64,000 nucleotides of DNA from Pachysolen tannophilus NRRL Y-2460. Taxonomy: Eukaryota. Both the position numbers and the translations under genes were made by a program. Numbering within the stretch: position 1 is the stretch's first letter; every line of letters begins with the position of its first letter. Of the stretch, positions 1-10,449 are shown in pieces. The notes under the pieces were generated by a model. It was not told the origin of the DNA. It saw only the letters and a program-made list of their open reading frames with translations, and searched no databases. The stretch spans positions 1,272,502-1,336,501 of the forward strand of contig KV454013.1 of the NCBI GenBank assembly GCA_001661245.1, read 5' to 3'.

Positions 1-183
1 ATGTTTCCTTTAATTTGAATAATTATCAATTAATTTTCAATTCAAAAATTTTTCAGTTTTTTCAAAATCTATTTTTCATTTTATTTTTGTATTTTATTTT
101 TTTGTCAAGGTATTAAAGAACTTGTTCAAACTACAAAAAATATTCAATTTATACAATTATTGGAGAAGGTCAGAGTAAACAGT

Positions 184-2769
184 ATGTCTAGATTGATTAG
201 ATCATGGTTGGTGATTAGTAGGAGATCATTTTCGGCTACTTCATTTAAACTTAATGGTGAGAAATCGAGTATATTGTCTGCAACTCCAGATAAAATAAGA
301 AATATCGGTATTATTGCCCATATAGATGCTGGGAAGACCACAACGACTGAACGGATGTTATACTATAGTGGGATAACGCAGAGAATAGGGAATGTTGATG
401 AAGGAGATACTGTCACTGATTATCTTACAGCAGAGCGAGAAAGAGGAATAACTATACAGTCAGCAGCAGTGACAATGCCATGGAATAGGCATAGAGTGAA
501 TTTAATTGATACACCAGGACATGCTGATTTTACGTTTGAAGTTATACGGTCATTAAGAGTGTTAGATGGTGCAGTGACGATATTGGATGGAGTTGCAGGT
601 GTGGAGGCTCAGACGGAAAAAGTTTGGAAGCAAGCAAAGGAATTACATATTCCTAGAATAGTTTTCGTTAATAAGATGGATAGAGAAGGTGCTGGTTTTA
701 GTAGAACAGTAAAAGAAGTTGTATCGAGATTAGGTACAAAGATAGTTTTCGTAAATATTCCTTATTTTGTTAAAGATGTTAAAACTGGAGAAAGGGTTTT
801 CCATGGTGTTTTAGATGTTTTAAATAAAAAATTATTGAAATGGGATAAAGAAGGTGATGGTAAACTGGTACAAGTTATTGATATTAAGGAAAATGATGAT
901 GATACTGCTGAATTGTATGAACAATGCTTGAAATGTATTGAATCAGCAGTGGATACTCTTGGAGAATTTGACGAAAGTGTCATTGAATCATTTTTGGAAA
1001 CTGAAGATTATATGAAAGTTCCAATACCAGTTATAAAAAAAGCTTTAAGAGATGCAACTATTAAGAATCTTGTAGTTCCAGTTTTATGTGGAGCAAGTTT
1101 TAAAAATATTGGTGTTCAACCTTTGTTAGATGCTGTTGTTGATTATTTACCTTCTCCAATCGATGCAAGGCCACCAGTTGTTATAACAGATGGTGGTGGT
1201 ATGTTATCTAAAAGAAAGAAGACAAATAAAAATAAATCTAAAAAAATTACTTCATTGGAAATGAATGAAGTATTACCTGTTATAATTGATCAAAAATCCG
1301 GATGTATTATAAATAACAATAAAAATTTAACTATGGCTTTAGCTTTTAAAGTAATAACTGATCCAATTAGAGGCATAATGGTATTTGTGAGAATTTATAG
1401 TGGGAAACTTAATTCTGGTACTTCTATAATTGATACAAGAACTGGTAAAAAGATTAAAATTGGGAAATTATTATTAATGCATGCTGATATGCCTCATGAA
1501 GTACCTTCATTAAGTGCAGGAAACATTGGAGTTATAACTGGAACTGAAGGAGAAATTATTACTGGAGATACTTTGATTCTGAATTCTATTAAAAACAATT
1601 TAAGTTCATTTAATAAAAATGAACAATCTGCAACATTGAGTAATATAATTGTTCCACCACCTGTATTTTCTGTTAGTTTAGAACCTAGAACTTTAGGTGA
1701 TAGGAGAAAATGTGAAGAAGCTTTAGAGATTTTACTTAGAGAAGATCCAAGTTTAAAATTAAGCATTGATGAAGAAAGTGGACAAACAATTTTAAGTGGT
1801 ATGGGAGAATTACATTTAGAAATTGCAAAATATAGATTATTAAATGATTTAAAGGCAAAAGTTGAAGTTGGTGAAGTTATGGTTACTTATAAGGAAACTT
1901 TATTAGCACCTTCTAAACGTATTATTAAATCTTCAAGTAATGATAATTCTGGTGAATCCAGTAATGATTTTAAGATTCAATTGAAACTTGAGCCTTGTGA
2001 TGGATTAGTAGAAGAATCTTTATATGCAGAACAAGAAGGTGCTATTCTTTTAGATATGGATAACAATATTATAATTTTTGAAGATAGCTCTCAACCAGAA
2101 TTTATAACAAAACTGTTAAAAGAAGTTCTGCTGAAAAAAATCATATGGCCTTATAAAGTTAGTTATGATTCTATTATAAATTCCATGGTAGCTGGAATTA
2201 GTGCCTCATTACAAGTTGGTGGACCAATTGCAAAATTACCTTTACATTCAACTATTGTCAAGATTGAAAAATGGTCAATTCCACAAGATATTGAAAATGT
2301 TAGTGAATTACTTACTTTATCTAGAAGAGCAGTCTTAGAAGCCATTACATCTATTGATTTGAAAAATATCACTTTTTTAGAACCAATCATGAATGTTAGC
2401 GTTTATGTAACTGATGAAGATTTAGGAAATGTTACTCAAGATTTAATGAGTGCTAGAAAAGCTTCAATAACAAGTATCGATGAAGAAGAAATACAAAACA
2501 ATGGTATAAATTCTGGAGAAGATATGTATGCTGCAAAAGAATTATCTGAAAAGATGTATGTTCCAGAAGATCCAACTCTTGAATATTTGAAAAAATCCAC
2601 AACTATAAGAGGTAACAAAGTAGTTAAAGCAACTTCTCCTTTAAAAGAAATGATTGGATATTTACCAAGATTGAGAAGCTTAACCCAAGGCCGTGGTAAC
2701 TACGATATGGAGTATCATGGAATGCAAAGAGTCTCTCCAGATAGGTTACGAACCATTTTGGATCACTAA
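184..2769 (+). CDS. MEF2: Mitochondrial elongation factor G2 / ribosome-releasing factor 2
   Basis: EF-G GTPase motifs AHIDAGKTT, ERERGITI, DTPGH, NKMD; GMGELHL; C-terminal LRSLTQGRG; N-terminal R/S-rich presequence. First ATG is 184 (ORF track starts at a TTG at 160). Confidence 0.9.
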   Translation: MSRLIRSWLVISRRSFSATSFKLNGEKSSILSATPDKIRNIGIIAHIDAGKTTTTERMLYYSGITQRIGNVDEGDTVTDYLTAERERGITIQSAAVTMPWNRHRVNLIDTPGHADFTFEVIRSLRVLDGAVTILDGVAGVEAQTEKVWKQAKELHIPRIVFVNKMDREGAGFSRTVKEVVSRLGTKIVFVNIPYFVKDVKTGERVFHGVLDVLNKKLLKWDKEGDGKLVQVIDIKENDDDTAELYEQCLKCIESAVDTLGEFDESVIESFLETEDYMKVPIPVIKKALRDATIKNLVVPVLCGASFKNIGVQPLLDAVVDYLPSPIDARPPVVITDGGGMLSKRKKTNKNKSKKITSLEMNEVLPVIIDQKSGCIINNNKNLTMALAFKVITDPIRGIMVFVRIYSGKLNSGTSIIDTRTGKKIKIGKLLLMHADMPHEVPSLSAGNIGVITGTEGEIITGDTLILNSIKNNLSSFNKNEQSATLSNIIVPPPVFSVSLEPRTLGDRRKCEEALEILLREDPSLKLSIDEESGQTILSGMGELHLEIAKYRLLNDLKAKVEVGEVMVTYKETLLAPSKRIIKSSSNDNSGESSNDFKIQLKLEPCDGLVEESLYAEQEGAILLDMDNNIIIFEDSSQPEFITKLLKEVLLKKIIWPYKVSYDSIINSMVAGISASLQVGGPIAKLPLHSTIVKIEKWSIPQDIENVSELLTLSRRAVLEAITSIDLKNITFLEPIMNVSVYVTDEDLGNVTQDLMSARKASITSIDEEEIQNNGINSGEDMYAAKELSEKMYVPEDPTLEYLKKSTTIRGNKVVKATSPLKEMIGYLPRLRSLTQGRGNYDMEYHGMQRVSPDRLRTILDH

Positions 2770-3154
2770 ATGATCCAATCCATCTTTGATCAAAAGTTGT
2801 TTGTTGGTAATGACAATGACCCAATTAAGCCATTAACTGACCCTATTTTATTCATTTATCACATTTATCTTGTATATAGTTGCGCATTATCATTTTGCGT
2901 GTGCGTGTGCGTGTGCTTTTTGCGTGTGCTCTTGTGTATATCTATTGCGTAAGTTCTTGCGTATGCATTTTTTATTACGCAAATGCGTTTTAGGTTGCTT
3001 TTATTATGCGCGCTTATGTTACCGCACAATTTTGTTAATAAACGCGGTGCGCACTTTTAAATACGCACTTTTACTTATCTTGTGCACATGTAGATGCGCT
3101 TTCTGATGCGCTTTTATATTTTGTACAAAGATTAAAAAAAATAAGAACGAAAAC

Positions 3155-3160
3155 ACGCGT
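3155..3160. promoter_or_regulatory. MCB element (ACGCGT) upstream of RFA2
   Basis: Perfect ACGCGT ~120 bp before the ATG of a replication gene, the typical MBF target arrangement. Confidence 0.6.
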
Positions 3161-3278
3161 CGCAATGATATAGATGTTGCTTTATTGTTTTAATTAATTG
3201 ATATTCTTTTTGTATTTTACTAGTTCTTAAGTGAAGTAATTGGATGAAATATTGATCAAGTGATAGTAGTTGTATATA

Positions 3279-4192
3279 ATGGCGAGTGAGTAGAAATTAC
3301 AGTGATAATATCTTTATGAATGATTAAACAGTGGTTCTTTTTTTGTTTTTCTTTCTTTTGGCCTTTTTTAGTGATTAATTAAATACTAACAATTTTTTTT
3401 TTTTCCAAAATTTATGTTTAAGCTTATCTGACTAATGGATATCAAGACTATAATGGTGGAGGTTTTACTCATACCAACAATTATAATGCAGGAAGTGCGG
3501 GTGATTTTCAAGATAGCTCTTCACAAAATAAAGCTCAACAACGTAATACTTTAACTCCAGTTACTATTAAACAGATTAATGAAAGTACTCAATTGGTACC
3601 TGATGGTGAATTCATTATAAATAATGTGGAATTGGCTTTTGTTTCGTTTATTGGTGTTATTCGAAATGTAGTTGATAATACTTCCAGTTTAACGTTAACG
3701 GTTGAAGATGGAACTGGTTCCATCGATGTTAGAAAATGGTTGGATGATAGTGCTAATGAAAGCCCAGCTTCACAATTACCTGTTGGTATTTACGTTTATG
3801 TAACAGGTGCTTTGAAAGAATTTAATGGTAAGAAAAATTTACAACATGCTACTGTCAGACCAATAATAGACCATAATGAAGTATTATATCATCATTTATC
3901 TGCTATCGTAACACATCTTCATGCTCAAGGTTTAAGTACAAATAATAATGGACAAAATTCAAATCCATTATTTGTACCAAATACAGATGGAAATGAATCA
4001 AAAAGTAACGTTGAAAGAATCTATGAATTTATACATGATCAAACCCCAAGTATGCCTGAAGGTGTTCCAATACAGTTGATTGCGCAAACATTAAATTTGA
4101 TGGTAGAAGATGTTCAATTACATTGTGCTAAGTTAACTGAAGATGGTAAAGTTTATCATGGTTATGACGATAATGGATTCCTTGCCGTCTGA
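3279..4192 (+). CDS. RFA2: Replication protein A 32 kDa subunit; exons 3279-3285 and 3423-4192
   Basis: ATGGCGA|GTGAGT...TACTAAC...AAG|CT gives MATY-x-TNGYQDYNGGGF...TLTPVTIKQI; OB fold (EDGTGSIDVRKW) and C-terminal winged helix. A 7-nt exon 1 matches yeast RFA2. Confidence 0.92.
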
Positions 4193-4435
4193 AAAAAATT
4201 TTTGTTTTTTTTTTTTTATATCACTTTTCTTTCTATGGTTAATACATCTGTATAGCGAGAGTATATTTACAATAGTATGCTTATCATTAGCTACATTTTA
4301 TAAAACAAAAAAAAAAAAAAAAAAATGAAAAAATGAAAAAATGAAAAATATCCAAATAATGAATCTTAATTAATATAAAAACTCCTATTAAATATATGTT
4401 TATAAACTAAAAGCGATTTTCCTTTTTTTTTTTTT

Positions 4436-7400
4436 CTAGCTGAAAAAGCTAGCCCACAAATCTTCATTTACTACAACTTCTCCACCATAAATCTTCTTAT
4501 CAACTAAACCATCGAGTGTTTTAGTTAATTCAACAGTATTGAATGTTTCAATCTTTCCTTCATCTAAAACTTCATCTTCTCCTATGGTTTCAGAACTATT
4601 CTCGTTGGTATCTCCGTCGCTGCTGTTGTTCTCCTTCAACAATTCCAATCTTCTCCTAGTAGATAGCTTCACTATTGACTCTTCAACTGTATTAGAAATA
4701 GCAAACATCCAAATAGTCGTTGGCTTCTTTTGTCCAATACGATGTATACGACTTATAGCTTGTAACTCTAACGCAGTGTTCACTAATGGCTCACAAAGGA
4801 AAACATGAGAAGCATTAACTAAGGTTAAACCTGCCGCTTGGGCTTTGGCATTTAATAAAAAACATGTTATACTTTTATTTTTTTTAAATATATCAACGTC
4901 AGCAAATTTTCTTGATCTTCTCCCACTTCCCAATTCTGCTGATAAAGTTTCATTAGAACCTAAAAATTTGATATCATTGAATTTTAGTGCAGCGCCAATA
5001 ATATGTAATAATTCAGCCCATTGAGAAAACACAACGATTTGAACACCTGGCTCTTTACTCTTCAACCATTTCACCTGTTTGATGATAATATCAATTTTTG
5101 AACCATATGATCTATACAAATGAATATCCTCAATTTCTTTTAAAACCTCTTCGTCCATTGGTTTATAAATACTGTGCATGATTTTTTTAGAATCACTGTT
5201 TAATTCTTCGCCAGTAATTAAGTTTCCTTTTAAACCAGCCCGTGTATATGTAAAATTATAAATTGAATCTTTACTCAATGGATTTTTACATAATGGACAA
5301 TTTTTTTTATTTTGTAACCAAGTTTCCAAACATTCCTTACAATATTGATGACCACATGAAGTTAATATTCCTGTCACAATTGGTCCCCTACAAATAATAC
5401 AAAACCGTTCTTCTTCTGAAATGGCATCCTCTGTATTAGCGAAAGTGGTATTTTTTAAAGATTCCAAGTACCGAACTCTGTTTTTGGTTTGAGTCTTGAG
5501 TTTTTCAGCTATTGCGATTCTTTGATCAACTTGTTTCAAACGGTATTCTTCTTCCGACAATCCTGGAAAATAGTCATAAATTGCCTTCCGCTCATACTCC
5601 TTGACACTATCTGAAAGTGACTGCAAGCTCCGGTAATACTCAATTCTTGCATTGTATAGATCATTTAATTGATTGAAAAAATCTTTTCTTAATTTCGTTA
5701 AATTTTGCTTTTGAGCATCTAAATTCTTTTTCAAACTTGCTGATACTTTTTCAAATACCAGAATTTCCAATTTATACCTGTCTTCAGACTGAGAATAAGA
5801 CGCATTATCCAATAAAGTTTCTGGAATTTCTTTTGCCTTGAGAACCATGGTCCTCAAAGATTTTTCGGGATTATTAGAAGCATCGGGTCTAATTTCCTTC
5901 CTTATTTTATCCAACTCTTTATGAAAATCTGACTTAGTTGCAGCAGATTTCGAAAGGACTATCTGACTTTCATCATCCTCGGATTTTTTTGTTATTAAAC
6001 TTCCAATGGCAGACTGATCCTTCAAACTCATAACAGCTTCATATCTGTCATTCAATGCTTTTTGAATTACGTCTAAATAAGCGTAAGACTTTTCTTGATC
6101 GAGAATTGAGTCTTCATACTCATTGGCAATATTATTGTCATCATCATCTGTACTACTTAAAGACTTGGTCAAAATTTCTTTCACCTCTTGAAACCAACCA
6201 TTTAATTTTTCTGCTTGTTGATTTAATTCGTTGCATAGTGCTGAGTATTTGAAATAAAAAAATTGTGATTCTAACCCAAGAAATTCATTTTTACCCAAAT
6301 CTATTTTCAAAACCTCCGAAGTTTTATCATTTTCAGATTTGTTTCTTAAAGCATTAACTAAATTTTCCACTTTTTTTATTGGTTCCACCAAAATCTGTCT
6401 ACGTAACAATTCTGCCTTGTCATAATATTCTTTTTCCAGTAACCTATGGGCCAAATCTTCCGGGTTCAACTCTTCATCTGGTATATCGTTCCTGTCCTTA
6501 AATTGTTCTGTTTTTTCCGCCGAATCTTCATCCAGTAGTAGTTCTTCCGGCTGAGGATTATATGCTTGATAATGGCCAGATGCAATGAAAAAATATATAC
6601 GATGTAAAAGCTCAGACCATGACCGTAACCTCGCTCTTACTTTAGTAGATTCTTCTACTATTATTTGCTGTTCTTTGCCCATTTTTTTATCCAATAGTTC
6701 AACTTCTTGTCTTTCCAACCTTGCCAACTCTTCTCTCAAATCTGTTACAGTTTTTAAAGTAAGTGGTAGGCAACTTTCCCAAACTTCTAACGATTTCAAA
6801 GGTTTTTTATAGGATTCATAAATTTGACCTTTTTCTAATTTGAAACTTACAATTTTACGTTCATTATTAATAACTGCAGTCAGGGAATCCGCAATCATGT
6901 TATCAAGAACTTCATCAACTGTTCTCAAGTTTATGTCATTATCCGAATTTCGAGATCTTTTGATAATAGTACCGGTACCAATTTGAGCATGACAACAAGC
7001 TAATCTTAATCTCACTAACCATTCTCGCATATACGCTAAGATGGTGGTGGTTGGTTCCCAGCCTTCTACAACGGGTTCACCTTTATCGTTAAGGCAAACT
7101 GTTGATAAAAATTCTTCAAATAAATGATCATAATTATTTTGCTCAACTGGCGTAAATGGTAATGTTAACAATATTCTTCTTTGTAAAGGCAATTTTATAT
7201 CTTCACTAACCATCTTCTTTGTATGCTTCAATGTAATATTTTTGAAAAGTCTGATAAAATGCAACGGCAAACTAGAATTATCATCAATTAATTTCATCCA
7301 TGTAGCATTACTCGATTTCAATCTTGATCCCTGGTTATCAAATGGATATAAATGACTAAATGATAAAAATGATTGTAAATCATCCAAATTCTTCCTAATA

Positions 7401-9286
7401 GGAGTACCAGAAACACCCCATGAATGGAAACGTGGAATGACTTTAGCAATTTTTGCAGCATTTGATATTTTATTAGAAACCATTTGAACTTCGTCCAATA
7501 CAATTCTCCAAAATTGTAACAAGACTAATGGAGATGAATAATCATACCTTTCTTCCTCATTTTCGAAATCTTCAGTATTTATGGAACTTGGATTCTCAGA
7601 ATAATCTTCTAATTCTTGGTTGGCTAATTTCATCCGTGATCTACTAGTTTTAGCACAATGTCTCTTTGGTCTTATAGAAGGGTTATATAAAGCATGATGA
7701 ACTTCACGAGCCACTGTCTGATAAGTAGCTAATACAACATCGAATTTACTCAAATCTTTTGCAATTTGAGCTGGTGTCTTGTATGATTTAGAGTTGACAT
7801 CATTATTATTTGCCTTATTATATGCATAAATACCTTTATATATTGTAATTTTCAAATTTGAAGTCAAATTATTGATTTCTTGATACCATTGTTTCAAGAT
7901 AGATTCTGGACAAATAATTAAGGTTGCCTTTGATGCTAATATAGATCTTTCTGAAAAATGATCTCTAATAATTGTTCCTTCATCTTTTTGCAGTCTTTTA
8001 TTTAATAATATAAGAGATAAAATCTCTACTGTTTTACCTAATCCCATCTCTTCTGCTAAAAGTCCTTGAGCTGGTTGATTAGGTAATTTTTCAAGAAAAT
8101 TTTGAGCAAAAATTGTTGAACAAATATTTCCTGTATATCTATTATACCATAATATATCATTTTCATTATTTTTCATTTTTATTCTTGACCAACCAAATGC
8201 AACTCTATCTAAACATTCACAAACTTTAGAATCATCATTTTGATTTTTTTCATAAAATTTTTGCTCTGATGTAGAATTTGTTTTTGAATCATATTTTACA
8301 CCTTCTAAACTTAATAACCAATTGACAGTAGTATTTTGGAAATTAAATAATTCAGTATCTAATTCAGGTATAATTAATCTTTGTTTAAAATTTAAAATTC
8401 TATCAGTAATTAAATTATAAAACATATTAGGTGTAACTTTATCAAATTTTTTTTTCAAAATTGTTTCTGTTGAATATACTTGCTCATAATTTGTAGGTAT
8501 ATCTTTTTTTGTTAATAAAAGTAAATTATCAATATTTATAATAATATCATATGGATGTTTTAATAAAATTCCTTCTTGTAATTCAATTTTATAATTTATT
8601 TTCAATTTCAGATTAAATTTCAAATTTTTTCCAATTGTTTTCAATTCTTTTAATTCCAAAACCATTGATGGAAATGTTAATTTTACATAATCTGATCTTT
8701 GATATATTCTAACAGGTTTGAAAAAAATTATTTCTGTTTTTAGTTTCAGTATATCTTCTTCATTAGTAATGATAGTCAACAATTTTGCCTTTTTCAATCG
8801 TGTCTTTGTGATATTGGAAACAATTAAAGTATTATTATTATCCTGATCAAATTCTAAAGAAATATCTTTAACAGGTAAAGAATAAAAAATTTCATTATTA
8901 TTTTTATTTTCAAATTTATTAATTTCGTTATTATTTAAAAAATTCAAATCTTTCTCTTCTAATGATAACTCCTTTTCACAAGTAAATGTTCTATCCGATA
9001 TGGTTATGAAATTGTTACTAAAACTTTCTAAAATTTGTAAATCATTGGATACTTCCCCTACTGTTTCTGTTTGTGTTTCTATTTCTGGTTCTCTTTCTCT
9101 TCCTCTTCCTTTTTCCAGTTTTAAAGCATCATCTTCAATTTCTAATGAATTATAAGTTCTCTTTCTAGATACCGGTTCTCTATTTTTAGGAAGTTTCCTA
9201 AAAGACTTATAAACTGAAGCCTTGACTATATTTTCAAGATAAAAATCCTTAACATCCATATGATCGCCTATAGTCATTATTTCCAT
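4436..9286 (-). CDS. IRC20: SNF2-family helicase / RING E3 ligase (SHPRH/Irc20 type)
   Basis: LAEEMGLGKT, LDEVQM, SGTP, C3HC4 RING (CIIC...CGHQYCKEC...CPLC), QAISRIHRIGQ; neighbours YEF3 as in S. cerevisiae YLR247C/YLR249W. Confidence 0.88.
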   Translation of the reverse strand: MEIMTIGDHMDVKDFYLENIVKASVYKSFRKLPKNREPVSRKRTYNSLEIEDDALKLEKGRGREREPEIETQTETVGEVSNDLQILESFSNNFITISDRTFTCEKELSLEEKDLNFLNNNEINKFENKNNNEIFYSLPVKDISLEFDQDNNNTLIVSNITKTRLKKAKLLTIITNEEDILKLKTEIIFFKPVRIYQRSDYVKLTFPSMVLELKELKTIGKNLKFNLKLKINYKIELQEGILLKHPYDIIINIDNLLLLTKKDIPTNYEQVYSTETILKKKFDKVTPNMFYNLITDRILNFKQRLIIPELDTELFNFQNTTVNWLLSLEGVKYDSKTNSTSEQKFYEKNQNDDSKVCECLDRVAFGWSRIKMKNNENDILWYNRYTGNICSTIFAQNFLEKLPNQPAQGLLAEEMGLGKTVEILSLILLNKRLQKDEGTIIRDHFSERSILASKATLIICPESILKQWYQEINNLTSNLKITIYKGIYAYNKANNNDVNSKSYKTPAQIAKDLSKFDVVLATYQTVAREVHHALYNPSIRPKRHCAKTSRSRMKLANQELEDYSENPSSINTEDFENEEERYDYSSPLVLLQFWRIVLDEVQMVSNKISNAAKIAKVIPRFHSWGVSGTPIRKNLDDLQSFLSFSHLYPFDNQGSRLKSSNATWMKLIDDNSSLPLHFIRLFKNITLKHTKKMVSEDIKLPLQRRILLTLPFTPVEQNNYDHLFEEFLSTVCLNDKGEPVVEGWEPTTTILAYMREWLVRLRLACCHAQIGTGTIIKRSRNSDNDINLRTVDEVLDNMIADSLTAVINNERKIVSFKLEKGQIYESYKKPLKSLEVWESCLPLTLKTVTDLREELARLERQEVELLDKKMGKEQQIIVEESTKVRARLRSWSELLHRIYFFIASGHYQAYNPQPEELLLDEDSAEKTEQFKDRNDIPDEELNPEDLAHRLLEKEYYDKAELLRRQILVEPIKKVENLVNALRNKSENDKTSEVLKIDLGKNEFLGLESQFFYFKYSALCNELNQQAEKLNGWFQEVKEILTKSLSSTDDDDNNIANEYEDSILDQEKSYAYLDVIQKALNDRYEAVMSLKDQSAIGSLITKKSEDDESQIVLSKSAATKSDFHKELDKIRKEIRPDASNNPEKSLRTMVLKAKEIPETLLDNASYSQSEDRYKLEILVFEKVSASLKKNLDAQKQNLTKLRKDFFNQLNDLYNARIEYYRSLQSLSDSVKEYERKAIYDYFPGLSEEEYRLKQVDQRIAIAEKLKTQTKNRVRYLESLKNTTFANTEDAISEEERFCIICRGPIVTGILTSCGHQYCKECLETWLQNKKNCPLCKNPLSKDSIYNFTYTRAGLKGNLITGEELNSDSKKIMHSIYKPMDEEVLKEIEDIHLYRSYGSKIDIIIKQVKWLKSKEPGVQIVVFSQWAELLHIIGAALKFNDIKFLGSNETLSAELGSGRRSRKFADVDIFKKNKSITCFLLNAKAQAAGLTLVNASHVFLCEPLVNTALELQAISRIHRIGQKKPTTIWMFAISNTVEESIVKLSTRRRLELLKENNSSDGDTNENSSETIGEDEVLDEGKIETFNTVELTKTLDGLVDKKIYGGEVVVNEDLWASFFS

Positions 9287-9821
9287 ATAAAATCGTATTG
9301 ATTATAATTAATAAATTTCTTTTAAAACCATGAAAATTCAAACAAACTCAAACATGAAATAAATCAATTTTTTTTTTTTATTTTAAGAAAAAAAAAGAAA
9401 AAAAAGAAGAAAAAAATAATAATGATCTACATATACAAACATAAACTGTGTCACCACAAATGAAAAAAATAAAATAATGAATTATATTAAAACAATTTTG
9501 AAACTATAAAGATGTTCTCTTTCTCTTATTTATTTATCTACTATAGATCCAATAAGTGGTGCATCATCTCTTCCTTTATCAGTTCCATATATTGATTTTG
9601 CAGACACGACTTTTTTCCTTTTTCTCCATTTTCTCCATTTTTCATCCATTTTTCATCCATTTTCTCTCCATTTTTAGTGTTAATACAATAATAATTAATG
9701 GAATATAAGTATCAGTTAATAAAATATAAAATTCAATATTTCCAACAACATGACAAAGCAAGTATTTAATAATATAATAAAACTCAGAAATTAAAAGACA
9801 ATAAAAAAAAAAANAAAAAAA

Positions 9822-10213
9822 NNNNNNNNNNNNNNNNNNNNNNNNNNNNNNNNNNNNNNNNNNNNNNNNNNNNNNNNNNNNNNNNNNNNNNNNNNNNNNN
9901 NNNNNNNNNNNNNNNNNNNNNNNNNNNNNNNNNNNNNNNNNNNNNNNNNNNNNNNNNNNNNNNNNNNNNNNNNNNNNNNNNNNNNNNNNNNNNNNNNNNN
10001 NNNNNNNNNNNNNNNNNNNNNNNNNNNNNNNNNNNNNNNNNNNNNNNNNNNNNNNNNNNNNNNNNNNNNNNNNNNNNNNNNNNNNNNNNNNNNNNNNNNN
10101 NNNNNNNNNNNNNNNNNNNNNNNNNNNNNNNNNNNNNNNNNNNNNNNNNNNNNNNNNNNNNNNNNNNNNNNNNNNNNNNNNNNNNNNNNNNNNNNNNNNN
10201 NNNNNNNNNNNNN
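9822..10213. other. Assembly gap (N run)
   Basis: Run of N flanked by poly-A. Confidence 0.99.
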
Positions 10214-10449
10214 TTTAAAAAAAAAATTATTAAAAAAAATTAAAAAAAATTAATTAATAATAATTAAAAAAAAAGAGATGATGATGTATATATATATATA
10301 TAAAGATATATATAACTGTATATAAACAATGAAGAACAACAGTTTTAAGAAAAAGAAAAAGAGAATAATAATAATAATAATAAAAAAAATTAAAAAAAAA
10401 AAAAAAAAAAAAATAAATACTAAAAATTCACCTATTTTTTCCCTTTTTA

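Noticed and set aside
762..2618. Antisense ORFs over MEF2 and other genes
   Set aside because: Shadow frames of real CDSs with no independent motifs.
9615..9675. Degenerate TCCATTTT tandem repeats upstream of IRC20
   Set aside because: Short low-complexity repeat with no spacers or other structure; not CRISPR-like.
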